From: Eledone cirrhosa | Lineage: Eukaryota | Assembly: GCA_964016885.1 (NCBI GenBank) | Contig: OZ024743.1 | Location: forward strand, 85,870,001-85,934,000 | Direction of reading: 5' to 3' | DNA: 64,000 nt | Shown: positions 1-12,444 of the stretch, one piece after another | How the letters are laid out: the number at the start of each line of letters is the position of its first letter | How positions within the stretch are numbered: the first letter of the stretch is position 1 | The notes under the pieces: model-generated | Database searches by the model: none | The model's input: only the letters and a program-made list of their open reading frames with translations | Told to the model about the DNA's origin: nothing | Made by a program: the position numbers and the translations under genes

Positions 1-424
1 TCTTGTTTAACTCTATAAAACCTGAGGTTTTAGCCCCACTGTAACCATGGGAAGTGGAGGCTCTAGGAGACCCCCTCCTACTTCATTCTTGATCCAGTAG
101 TGCTATGACAATGAAACTTGATACAAATATAGATAGGTAAACATTTTGGTATTGCAAAAATGTTGCTGACGACATCATTTTTCTGATGTCATTAGTTATA
201 CCCAGATCAGTTAAAATTTGGTACTTTTATAGTGTTCCAAAATTAGGGTTACCTTCTCTTTGTCATGTTTGCTATTAAATAAAACAACTACAATGTTAAA
301 GATGTTGTAAAATGGATAAAAAGAATGTCATGGTAACCTCGTCATCGCCATGGAAACGACACGGAAACCATAGCATCCCTTGCCATGCTACTCTTAACAT
401 ATATTAGATTGGTAATGTTGTTTT

Positions 425-617
425 GGGCAGCGGATTGGCAGTATTGGTAGAGGGTCGGATACCATGTTTTGTAGCAAAGCGTTACGGCACTTTACGTTCT
501 GAGTTCAAATCCCGCCGAGGTTAGCTTTGCCTTTCATCCTTACGGGGTCGATAAAATAAAGTACCAGTAATGCACTGGGGTAATTGTTGGCCTTGTGCCA
601 AAAGTAGAAATAATTAT
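425..617 (+). mobile_element. tRNA-derived SINE; representative of the most abundant family here (more copies/fragments near 1745-1890, 6570-6660, 7845-7955, 15170-15355, 25915-26100, 36420-36660)
   Basis: A-box-like TGGCAGTATTGGTAG, B-box-like GAGTTCAAATCCC, conserved core GCCTTTCATCCTTACGGGGTCGATAAAATAAAGTACCAG and tail GGCCTTGTGCCAAAAGTAGAAA plus AT-rich run; recurs many times on both strands. Confidence 0.85.
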
Positions 618-1179
618 TGTTTTGGTTACAAAGATTGTATAATCAACTTTTGTAACAAGAAAAATCAAAGAAATCATCACTTTATACTCCCTCTTCAAAT
701 CAATTATGGTTTTGTAAAGGGAACAGCTCTAGGGTCACAGATGAATGGGAAGGGGATGAGTGATGGGCTCTAGTCCTAGGGCGTGACAATATTGTGAGCA
801 TTCAGCAGGATACATTTTAGGAAAGTCACCAAATTTCAGCGGAAAATCAGCTTCTTTTCAAAAGTTATGCAAAAAACAAACACGAGGAAGTGTTCTGAGA
901 CCCCCTTGACATAATAGGGTTAAACCTTTTGATACCAAATTGCATCTGGTTTTATAGTACGAATCTGTTTATTTTAAAGTGTTTATATATTTCTAAAAAC
1001 CTTCCATCATAATTTTATGCAAGAACCATTGTTAAGTTATGTTCCAAACAGCAGCTTAATAATGAGAAAGTTATATTAAATCCCTCAATTTTTGATTATT
1101 TAAATTTTATTTTTTTCCTTAACATATATTTATTTAATTAACATTTGTATAAATAACATTACAAATGGGGAAGGGATAA

Positions 1180-1640
1180 AGAAGGGTAGACTTGGCTGTG
1201 TGGGAAAGTAGAGGAAAGGACTATAAAAGCCATAAATGAGAGGAAAAGAAGGGGAAAGCAAGGATTCTAGGGCCACAGAAGAAAAGGAGGGGGAAGGGGA
1301 GAGGATGATGGGTTCTGAGCCTAGGGTGCAGCGGTGTTGGGGCTGTGCCCTTTAGACAAAACTGCAAAAGCATTTCCACGGATAATGGCCAGGATCACCT
1401 ACTGCAACAGCCACCCCACTTCATGGGGCTCCTTCCTCAGACAGGCTGCTGACGTTCTGATTTTACAGAGGAGCTCGGCAGTACTGGGTCCGAGGACACC
1501 TGAAGTCTTGACGGTGACTGGTGCCAAGAGGAAGCAGCCGGACAAGCCCCAGTATTTGTTTGTCTTCCTCTCCATTGTGGACTGCAGTACCGGGGTTTGT
1601 TGCTGAAGCGACTAAGTTGGAGGCAGAGAAGGAAAATCTT
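1180..1640 (-). mobile_element. 3' fragment of a CRE-like non-LTR retrotransposon (restriction-like endonuclease C-terminus), degenerate
   Basis: Minus strand reads FSASNLVASATNPGTA..ERKTNKY..APVTVKTSGVLGPSTAELL..LAIIRGNAFAVL, like RLE-type LINE C-termini; homologous to 52835-53400. Confidence 0.65.
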
Positions 1641-1958
1641 TAGCAGTGACTTTCATTAAAAATACGGTAATGTAAGCATTAAAGCATTGTTATATCATGT
1701 TATATTGTAAAAGAGTTTTTAAGTTTTGTCCCAAATATCAGATAAATAATTGTTTCTACTTTTGGCACAGGGCCAGCAATTACCCAGTGCATTACTGGTA
1801 CTTTATTTTATCGACCCCGTAAGGATGAAAGGCAAAGTTAACCTATCAGATAAATAATTGTTTCTACTTTTGACACAAGGCCAGCAATTACAAGGTAATG
1901 AAAGGGTTAAATTTTAAAAGAGGTATTTGTTGAGCTGCAAGCATAAAGCACAACTTAA

Positions 1959-2171
1959 CCCTTTAGCATTTACATTACTCTATATTTACTATTGTATTTT
2001 TGTGGTAAAGGCTTTACCTCACATAATTATATCACAATATTGAATCTATGAGATTTTGATGATGGTATCATTTATTTTGGGAACAATACCTTAACGTTGG
2101 TATGAGCAACTGGTCTGAACAGAAAGGTAAGAGAGTTCTGGCCGGATATAGCCAGTTTAAATGCTAAAGGA
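1959..2171 (+). mobile_element. piggyBac-type MITE
   Basis: TTAA|CCCTTTAGCATTT ... AAATGCTAAAGGA|TTAA; same termini as the element at 33643-34721. Confidence 0.75.
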
Positions 2172-2730
2172 TTAAAATAGAACCCTCATTGTTCCCTTAA
2201 CCATCAATACATACATACTGTAAAGTGGTGGGCGAGAGGAAGGGCATTGAGTCATAGAAAATTTACCAAACAAAGGGCTGGGAGAACTCTTCAGCCGTAT
2301 AAAAGACATAACTTCCTTAGTGCTGGTGCCATGATAAAATGTCAGTGATGGTTTATCTAACCCTAGCCTGCAGGGAAAACATGTTAAAAGATGATAATCC
2401 TTTTATTTGTTCCAGGCCAAGAGCTGTGGTTATGCTGGGATACAACTATTAACATACATATATATGTTTGTGTGTGTGTGTTTGTATATGTATATATATA
2501 CACTTATATAATATGTATATATACATATATATACACACACACATAATGTAATGCACGACGATGCTTTGGGATTATTGGTTTAGGATGAGCCCAGCTTCGT
2601 TGAGCAAGAGCAAGAAGAAAAAGAAGATATATGTCTGTGTGTGTTAATAGTTGTGCCCCAGCCTTGGCCTGGAATAAGTAAAAAGATTATCATTATTTAA
2701 TATCCATTTATAATATATATATATATAAAT

Positions 2731-2980
2731 AAATATGGAGTATCTGTGATGCTAAGCCTGGAAAGACCACTCAATGCAGGGTTGGTATATTTAGGAAGAA
2801 ACTATTCGAGCAAGAGTTCCAACAGTTTTTGCTTGTGCCTTGACTCATCTAGGTGAAGTCATAACAGAAACCATTGGAACTCTTGCTCGAATATTTTCTT
2901 CCTAAATATACCAACCCTGCATTGAGTGCTACTTTGATTAGTGGTCTTTCCAGGCTTAACATCGCAGACATTTCATATTT
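2731..2980. repeat. ~250 bp near-perfect palindrome (hairpin element) flanked by (TA)n
   Basis: 2731-2822 is the reverse complement of 2874-2980 apart from a ~15 nt indel and a few mismatches. Confidence 0.9.
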
Positions 2981-3461
2981 ATATATATCCTCTCTAGCAT
3001 ACTGCATCTGATCCCTCTTATGCCTAATTTCTCTTTCAGTTCATTTTTGCTTTGCTGTTTGTGTACACATCCATTGGAGCATGCATGCTTCATTTCTTTC
3101 CAATCTTCACAGGTCCTCTGCACACAGTGCCCAGGTCTCACTACCATGTAACATTGTTGTTTGTATACATACATTGTACAATGGGACAATCTGTCTAACC
3201 TATAATAGCATGGGAAATGGATGTTAAATGATGTTGATGATATACATATACACAAATACAACTGTGTTGTCCCAGTGGAATGTTCTGTCTTCAAATAAAC
3301 AACAATGAGGTAATTAGTTGGATTTACGTCCGAAGCCTGCCAATGTTAAGGGTTTATTTATCCATTTAAAATAATTTATATATGTCCATGTTATTTTGAA
3401 TTTTAAATTGAGAGATCCCAGCTCTGATACTATGGGCATGTGATTAGAATGTCTCAGGGGG

Positions 3462-3492
<31 letters not shown>

Positions 3493-4112
3493 GCTGGACA
3501 TATTTTACTGGCAAAATCAACCACCAGGAGACCCAGAGCAAGATGATTGGATAACATCCATTAGCTTGGTTTGTCTTGCTTGGGGATCCAGCCAGATCAA
3601 TTCAAGATGGTTGCTTCTGACAGGACCCGCTGGAAGGAGTGTTTGAGAAGTCTGCCTCCACGACCCTCTCAGAAATAAGTGGGTGAAGAAGAACCTTTAT
3701 TTACCATTTATGAATATTTATGGTTATCACATATATTGAATATGCCGTACATTTTACTCTTTCATTGGCTCTCAATTAGTTAATTACACTCTCATTTATC
3801 TTGACCATAAATCTTAGTTTTGGTTTTCATTGTGCCTTTAGATTTTTAACATTTGCTGGCATTAGGAAGGGCATCAAGCTGTAGAAACCAAACCAAAATC
3901 AGCCTTGGGTGAGCAAAACATGGTCCTCTGACTTGATTCTCTCCCAAAGGGACAGCCTGTCCTATCCATGCTAACATGGAAAATGGACGTTAAACCCACA
4001 CACCAATACTCACACTATTTTTTTCGTCCTGTGCTATCAAATTTTTCTTCATGTGAATTCTTGTAGTAAATAAAAAAAAATCATTATTATTATATTTATT
4101 TGTATTCTACAA

Positions 4113-4300
4113 CCCTTTAGCATTTGCATTACTCTATATTTACTCTGTATTTTCGCAGTAAAGTCTTTGCCTTACACAATATCGAATCTGAGATTTTGAT
4201 ATTTATTTTGAGAACATTAACTTAATGCTGGTATGAGTGGTTGGTTACGGCCTGTTTGAACAGAAAGAGGTGAGAGAATTCTGGTCGGATATGGCCAGGT
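4113..4300 (+). mobile_element. piggyBac-type MITE, right end missing
   Basis: Starts CCCTTTAGCATTT; body is colinear with 1959-2171. Confidence 0.65.
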
Positions 4301-6781
4301 TGCTCATTGTCTTTACACAGAGATGTGTAGACTGTGTTTGTCTGTAATGAACTAATTGAATCAGAGTTTCAGCTATATATTACAAAACATTACATGACTA
4401 CATGTAGCTTTGAGCTGTTCAATTGTGAAACATGTGTCATGCAAATATTCAAATAAACATGTTAAATTGAAATTTCAAAGCTGACTTTGCACATTTTAAC
4501 CTCTCAAAGGAGATGACACAGGATCGAGATCTCTGTCATTATGCAGTACCACTTTCCCATATGCACAGGATGAAACAAACATGTAGAAGACATTAGCCCA
4601 CACCAATTGTCCCCTTACCTCTCCTCCATTCAATTTTTCCACTAACTAAATATCCCATTCACTTCATCCATGTCCAACTTGCAATACTCTCTCCCTTCTC
4701 TACTCCTGTGCAACCCATGCATACAAAAGCACCCAGATCACCCTAAAAGATGGTCGTGCTGTTGACATGACAAAAACTCTCCAGTCCACCCTGTTAGATG
4801 GTTGTTTTGGTGCCACGATAAAAAGTACCCAGCTCATACTGTAACATCGTTGGTGTTAGGAAAGGTATCCAGCCATAGAAACCAAACCAAAATACAGATC
4901 TGTATGAGCAAGACGTGGTCTCCTGATCTGAATTGTCTCATAACATGACAACCTGTCTAACCCATACAAGACGTTAAACAATGATGATGATAATATGTCA
5001 CATCAAAGCCTTGGAAAGGTTCCCTCAGGCCTGTCATAGGAAGATCCTAAACATCAGACACCATTGTTCTTCACTGAGTCAATACAGTCAGTATTGTTCC
5101 TCAGATGCATCAGGCTGGATACCTTATGTAGATAAAGGGTGACATTACCTAAACAGTTGTTTTACACAGATTTACATGGTAAACAATTTAGGGATGTCAT
5201 CAAAAACAACCTTATGGTTTTTAGTGCAAATGTCAAAGACTGGGAGCAGCCGGCAATCAATTGACATACACACGTATACCATGACTCATACACTATTCAC
5301 TTCCATGACATTTGTGTATTATTCTATGTACTATACATACACCTTTGACGAGTTGTAGTGCACCTGAGCACTTTACACAATAATTTCATTATTATTAAAG
5401 TACCAGTAATGCATTGGGTAATTGCTGGCCTTGTGCCAAAAGTAGAAACAATTATTATTATTATTATTATTCCAGACCTCGTCAAATTGGACTGAGAAAA
5501 CAATGTTTCCATTAGTCTTTCCAATTGCTAATACTATCTACTGGTCACAAATCAAGACAAAATGAGCAACGTGAAATAAAGTGTCTTGCTCAAGGACATA
5601 ACGCATCGCCCAGTTCGGCAAACTCACACTCACAACTTCAGGATTGTGCATCCAATTCTCTAACCACCCAGCCACGTGCCTTCACAAACTGGGAGTATAT
5701 GAAAGAAAATTGATCACTTTGAAAACGATTGATTTACGATGATTGTAAATTATTTGATACAGGGAGAATCAAACACTCAATCTTGAAGCAAGCATTTTAT
5801 AAACAGAACTCAACCTCAATTTGATACAATTTTCAGCCTGAACATCTGCAGTATGGTCTGTTTATACAAAGCTGACTTACTAGACATGAGATCTCATGAT
5901 AGCAAACTATCACTGACTGATTGTGACCAGGTCCTTCCTCAGTAACTGACAGGTAATTCGTGTCAAAGTATGTTGGCTTGCAATAGGTCTGAGAAGTCAT
6001 ATGAGAGTACACATAGACAAGTTTCTTCTTTATCATCTATGTAACAAAAGTGAAGCTGGCCTGATGTGTGCCCATTACAAAATTGAAGAGATGACTATCT
6101 TCTATAAAAAAGTGTCAATTACAGTATATTATCATTTTTGTCATTCACTTTCCATGCTTTTTTTTTTTGTGTGTTTTTTTTGAGTTTCCGTAGACTAGAT
6201 AAATGGAAACGACCGGTCTGCGTTAAATACAGAGCTAAAGTATATTATTATAAATAAATTCTCAACACAGTTTCATGCTACCTAAGGTTTCAAAGTCTAC
6301 CGAACCATAGATCTTAGAGACAGTATATCTGCTAACAGAGTCCCTAAGACCTATGATAGAGGAGTCTTTGAAACCCAAAGTAGCATGCAGCTGATCTGAG
6401 AACTTATAATACACACAGAGGGCATCCCGCTGTAGAAATGAAGCCCAAATGAGCAAAACAGTCATCTGACCTGGATCTCTCACAACAAGACAGCATGTCC
6501 TACCTATGCTAACGTGGGAAGTGAATGTTAAACGATGATTATAACACACACATATGAAATTTATATAATTGTTTCTACTTTTGGCACAAGGCCAGCAATT
6601 ACCCAGTGCATTACTGGTACTTTATTTTATCAACCCCGTAAGGATGAAAGGCAAAGTTACTTATATAATGCTCTTCAGGAAACGTGTTTAGTGATGCATG
6701 TCAAGTGGTTATAATTGGATACTGAAATCAGTTTCCTGAGAACCTTCTGCAAACACAATGGCACTCATTAATAGTAATAAT

Positions 6782-6960
6782 AATGGTTTCTACTTTTGGC
6801 ACAGGGCCAGCAATTACCCAAGTACATTACTGGTACTTTATTTTATCGACCCCATAAGGATGAAAGGCAAAGCTAACCTCAGCGGGATTTGAACTCAGAT
6901 CGTAAAGGGCCATAACTATGCCACAAAGCAGGGTGCCTGACGCTCTACCGATACTGCCCT
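6782..6960 (-). mobile_element. tRNA-derived SINE, near full length
   Basis: Reverse complement of the 425-617 family, including head, core and tail. Confidence 0.8.
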
Positions 6961-9900
6961 TAATAATAATGGTTTCTAATTTAGGCACAAGGCCAGCAAT
7001 TTGGGTGGGCGAGTCAATTATATTGATCTCAGTATTTGATTACAAATTCTATCAAGGATTTGATTTTGAAGGATGAAAGCCAAAGTTGACCTCAATGTGA
7101 TTTAATTTCAGGACATAAAGAGCTGGAACAATTGTCACAAAGTATTTTACTCCAGACTAGCAATTTTGCCAACCTACCAACAGGGCTGGATTTAATGTAG
7201 CAATTTATTTGTGCCCTCAGCTGGGCTTTTTAGTTTTAGGATGGTTAGAATTTTTGAATTTAATACCTGTATGTTTTCAATTCCAATTACTTGCAGCAAA
7301 CTAACTTTGGTGACAAAATTGGGGGGTTTGATGTGTATTCTAATTTTGTGTGTATGAAATCACCCCCAGTTCCGGTTTTATCACAAAAAAAAAAAACTGT
7401 TTTAATACTAACCCACCTGAAACTACCCCCTGATACTATGATAATAAAACACTTTAAAATAAGTGTTTTTCTATTTATATTTAAATATTCCATAATTTTA
7501 TGTATGAAGCTTTTGTTAAATTGTTTTAAACACCAGCATGTGTAAGTTTGTATTACTCTCTCCAAATACTTGATTATTTTAAAAAATGATTTAAAATCGT
7601 ATATAATGTCTTTCATTAGAAATATAGTAACAAAAGGGTTAGTTAAAGAGTTTATATTTATTGAACAAGCTCTTATAATTCTATGTAAGAACCTTTATTA
7701 AGCTATATTCCAAACACCAGCTTCATACTGAGAAAATTAGCTATATTAGTGTTTCATTAGAAATACGATAACGAAAGGTTATATTTGAGTCTTGGCCACA
7801 CCCTAATGCACTGTGCCACTTTATTGTCACTGTTACCTTAATAATTGTTTCTGTTTTTGACACAAGGCCAGCAATTACCCCAGTGCATTACTGGTGCTTC
7901 ATTTTATCGACCCTGTAAGGATGAAAGGCAAAGCTAACCTCAACAGGGTTTGAACCTTATTATTGCTTACTAACATTGGTAGTACAAGGCCAACAATTTG
8001 AGGAAAGGAGAAAGTTGGTTAGATTGACCCCAGTATTTAACTGGTACTTAATTTTACTGAGCCCCCAGAAGACATGAATGATAATGTTGACCTCAGCAGG
8101 ATTTGATGTAAGAACATAGAAAGCCTTAACTAAATACCACAAAGCATTTTGTCTGAGGCTCTACCGATTCTACCAATCAACTGCTCTTTGATTTCTAGTT
8201 TAGCCAAAAAGCCAGCAATTTTTGCAAGGAAGAGAAAGTCAACTTATATCAAGCCCAGTGCTTCACTGATACTTTATTGACCTTAGTGAGATTTGAACTC
8301 AGAACATGAAAACCCCTGGAACAAATATTGCTAAGCATTTGTTCGACTGTCAATTGACCACCCTACTTTACCTTAATAACAACAACAATATGTTCTACAA
8401 CACAAATGGTTTACTTGCTCACTCAGTAAAATCAGAACATTTTAAAAAGAAAAATGATTTTAAAAAGAGAGAGACAGAGAGAGAAAGAGAGAACAAATCG
8501 AAGGGTGGAAAATGTCATTTTGAAACTGCGTTTTTAGGTCATCGGCTTCAGTGGTTTAATTAAATACATCAACACCTTTTAATGAGGTTTTACTTCCAGA
8601 TGCTTGTTTCATTATTTTACAAGAGATTATTACAGAGATGATAATATGCAGAAGAGCAAAATAAGAGATTAGAAAAAAAAAAAAAAAATCACAAACCTAT
8701 GACAATTGTTCTGACTGCATGTGACATTATCACCTCAGTTTGTCTTCATTTAAAACAACAACAAAAAAAAAAACAACAAAACATATCCATATTCTCATAA
8801 CCGAGTCAACTCCTGTAGCAATACCTCTTATTTTAGGGTATCGTTCGTACAGATATGAGGGGAATTTTCAATTTTATAGAGATAAGATAGGTCTCAAATA
8901 AAAAAAAAATCCCCATCAAAAAGGCCCCCGTTTTTCACTAGGCCCAGGAGGAGAGGGAATATGAATCAACTCCAGTTTCTCAACAATATTTATTTTGGTG
9001 ATTCTTACCTCCATCCCTCCTTCACTCACATATACACACTGAGATTTGAACTCAGAAATGGGAGGAGGCCACATCTTACCCACCACAAGCTAGACACAAT
9101 AGGGTATCTTCTAGTTTGGCACTTGACCCTTTACCATTAACTTCATGTAGGAACTTCGTTTTTTTTTTATTTGTTTTGCAAGATTCTTGATATAAAATCA
9201 TGTTGAAACAGATATTGTTATACTTTGGGAGAGCCACTTTTTTTTTGGGGGGGGGGGGGGGGGGGCAGAAGAGAGAAAGACTGACCCTCCAAAAGTGTAA
9301 CAATTCTCTTAGAAGGAAGGTTACTGAAAAAAAAAAATCTTTTTTTTTTACATATATCTTAAACAGGAAATGAATGTCAAGATTTTATTTTATTTTATTT
9401 TATTTTATTTTATTTTAGGGGTACTAAACCAGGAAATTACGAGTGCAATGCTGACATCTTTCTCAATGGTACTAAAATGACATGGGTCTGGCTGGGAAAC
9501 CAAACTTACATTGTCATGTCATGGACCCATAACTCCTGATGGAGTCATAGGGACACGATCGTTACATACGTCTTCGGCATTTAAACCGGGTGGAGCCCAT
9601 CCCTTTTCAGGTTGGAATACAGCCGATTTCTTCCAGAGAGAGAAGAAAAAAAATATATATATATATGGAAAGAGAGGGAAGATCAACACCAGTATTAAAC
9701 TGGTATTTTATCGACCTTGAAAGGATAAAAGGCAAAGTTGACCTCAGCAGAATTTGAACTCAAAGAGCACCAAGCAGGAACAAAGACTTCAAAGCATTTC
9801 TGTCTGATGCTCTAATGATTCTGGCACTTTTACTGTCTTACAACCAGGTTGTAGAATCAGTCAGAAACCTTCTGTAGATTCTAGCCACTATGTCTAATAA

Positions 9901-10604
9901 AATGTTCTCTCATATGTAGGTAGGTATGGACATTGGAATTAAAAGCCCCATTTTAGTTACAGTGCTGCCACAAAATAAGAGGTAATATTTTCCAGTTTAA
10001 AGAAATGGCAGATGTTGGAATATGGTATCTAACAATATAGCAGAGGTGATCATAGTAGTAGCTGTGGTATTGATAGCAGCAAAGATGGAAATAACAAGAG
10101 GAGTGATAGAGGCAGCAGTGGATTAGTGGTCAGTGGAAAATGTTGCTGTGATGATGATGATGATGATGATGATGATGAGTACATTTTTTTAAATTCATTT
10201 ATTATATATTATATTATAGAAAAAGCCAATCCACTTCAGGATATTTTATGACTTGCTATAATAAACTGACTTAATATATCAGAAAGGGAACACAAGACCA
10301 TGTTCCTGTTGCCTTTTCTAGGCAAGTATCAATATATGTGTGTGTATGTTTGTATGAATGTGCTTGTCAGATAGTAAGATACACTTTTTTGAAAAACTGG
10401 GATGTTGTGGCATTCATACCTTTCTCAAGGACATTTGTATCATAAGTGAATTAAAATAGCTATCACCAGAAGCCAAGGCAAAAAAAAAAAAGAAAAGAAG
10501 CTTGGTTCAGAGAATCAAAATTGTAAGCGGCTTATGGACACAACCCATGTTACCTAGTACTAGAATGAAGAGTTATGGCAATCAGATTTTCTCTAAGTCA
10601 GCTG

Positions 10605-10765
10605 AGCTTCCTCTATCTCTACAAACCACTCGAGGTTTTGGTCAGCTCTAGCTCTCTGTAGTCAGCTTCCTCTGTCTCTACAAACCACTCCAGCTGTCTT
10701 TGTCTGTTCTAGCTCTCTGCAATCAGCTTCCTGTATCTCTACAAACTACTCCAGCTGTTTTGGCT
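10605..10765. repeat. Minisatellite, ~60 bp unit, about 2.7 copies
   Basis: AGCTTCCT(C/G)T(A/G)TCTCTACAAAC(C/T)ACTC recurs at about 10605, 10665 and 10725. Confidence 0.85.
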
Positions 10766-12268
10766 TTCAGATAAAATCTGAAAACTTATTTACACCCATG
10801 GGGTTTTATTTCCATGTTCAGGCAGGGACAAATACACACACACACACAATATTTGGACTCCAAATATTCCCTTTCTGTGTGGTATAATTGTAATTTGGGT
10901 GGAAATTACACCTTGTTCTGTTTCTCTTCTCTGGTTGATTTACTGCATAAGGAGAGATGTTCAAGACTGTATTTTATCTTTCCAGGGAGTACCAACAGTT
11001 AAGAACATTTTTTTTTTCCATTTTGATGAATATATTGTGCCATATGTCATTATTATCATCAATCACATTTTTAATGCATGTCCTCACTGCAATACAGAGC
11101 ACAGCTGTGTGCAGTATTGTTTCTATTGCATCAGAGTACTCTTTGTAAAAGGTGTACTGTGTCTAGTAGTGCTATTTTCTGATTACTGTATGTTTACATG
11201 GGGTTTTAGTTATGTATCTACCTGTTGTTTTTTTTCTTTAAAAAATCATTTCCAGAGCACCTTTTATTACAGAGAGCGTTCTACCTCTCCTGAGCACTCA
11301 GTGGCTCCGCTTCAGTACTGACATGGTTTGTATAGACCCATCTAACAGGGAAAGTGGGCATTAAAATGTCAATGATAATTGTTTGTTTTAATCATCCAAA
11401 AGTGGTTGGCGTTAAGAATGGCGTTCAGCTGTAAAATACCCAGCCAAATTTATAGTCCTTGTTGGAGCAAGGTACGGTGTAGCCAGACTTGCCTCCCAGC
11501 GTGGACGACCTGTCTAACACATGGACTAGTACTTTTCTTTTATCAATCTTGAAAGAATGAAAGGAAAGGTGACCTCAGCAGTTTTTAAACTCAGAGCAGA
11601 GAGCCAACATCACTGACCACACATGTGTACGCCTTGGTGAGGTGTAATTGTTACAAGGTCAGCTGTTATTACTGCATCCAAAGTCTTCCTAGGTCTGCCC
11701 ACTCCATGGCTACCATTAACTTTGAGCGCTCTTTATCTTTTTATACAGCTGCCATCCTTCATACACATGTCCATACCAATGCAATTTCCTCTCCTGCATG
11801 CAACATCTGATCCCTCTTATGCCTAATTTCTCATGCAGTTCGTTTATGCTTTGCTGTTCACGTATACTGCTATTGTACATCCATCAAAGCATGGAGGCCT
11901 CATATCTTTCCAATTTTTGCAGGTCCTCAGCACACACTGCCCAGGTCTTGCTGCTGCGCAAAAATATATATATATATATAAATGCACTCAGTACACGCTG
12001 TAAAGTGGTTGGTGATAGGAAGGGCATCCAGCTGTAGAAATCTTGCCAAATAAAGGGTTGGGAGGACCCTTTGTTGTGTCAAAGACATGACAACCTCCCC
12101 TGTACACTCAGTAGAATATGAAACACGCTCCACTGCTGTAAAGTGGTTGTGGTATGAAAAAGCTCCCAGTCCACCCTGTGGTTGCCATTAGGAAGAGTTA
12201 ACACAGTAGTGTATTTCACTAGAAGTTTGTTAATGAGTGCTTAAACAATTTTGATTTTCTGTTTTCAG

Positions 12269-12444
12269 AAAAACAACTAAACAGAGAAACTATGGATGTT
12301 ATAACTGACCGTTTAATGAATGTAATAAAAACAGAATTGGAAGATATCAAGACAACATGGATTGTTCCATATATTCATGAACAGTTAAAGATTGATCTTT
12401 CTATAGTTACATCTGAGCGAGATCTTTTAGAAGATTCTTTCTGA
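12269..12444 (+). CDS. Candidate terminal coding exon of an unidentified plus-strand gene
   Basis: Acceptor TTTTCTGTTTTCAG, then 57 open codons KQLNRETMDVITDRLMNVIKTELEDIKTTWIVPYIHEQLKIDLSIVTSERDLLEDSF*, non-repetitive; AATAAA at 12708. Protein not recognised. Confidence 0.45.

Noticed and set aside
425-520. tRNA-like A/B boxes here and in many other copies
   Set aside because: They are SINE heads attached to core and tail sequences, not complete tRNA cloverleaves.
10814-11321. Overlapping 62-140 aa ORFs in non-repetitive AT-rich DNA
   Set aside because: F/C/Y/I-rich composition typical of non-coding AT-rich sequence; no motif or convincing splice sites.
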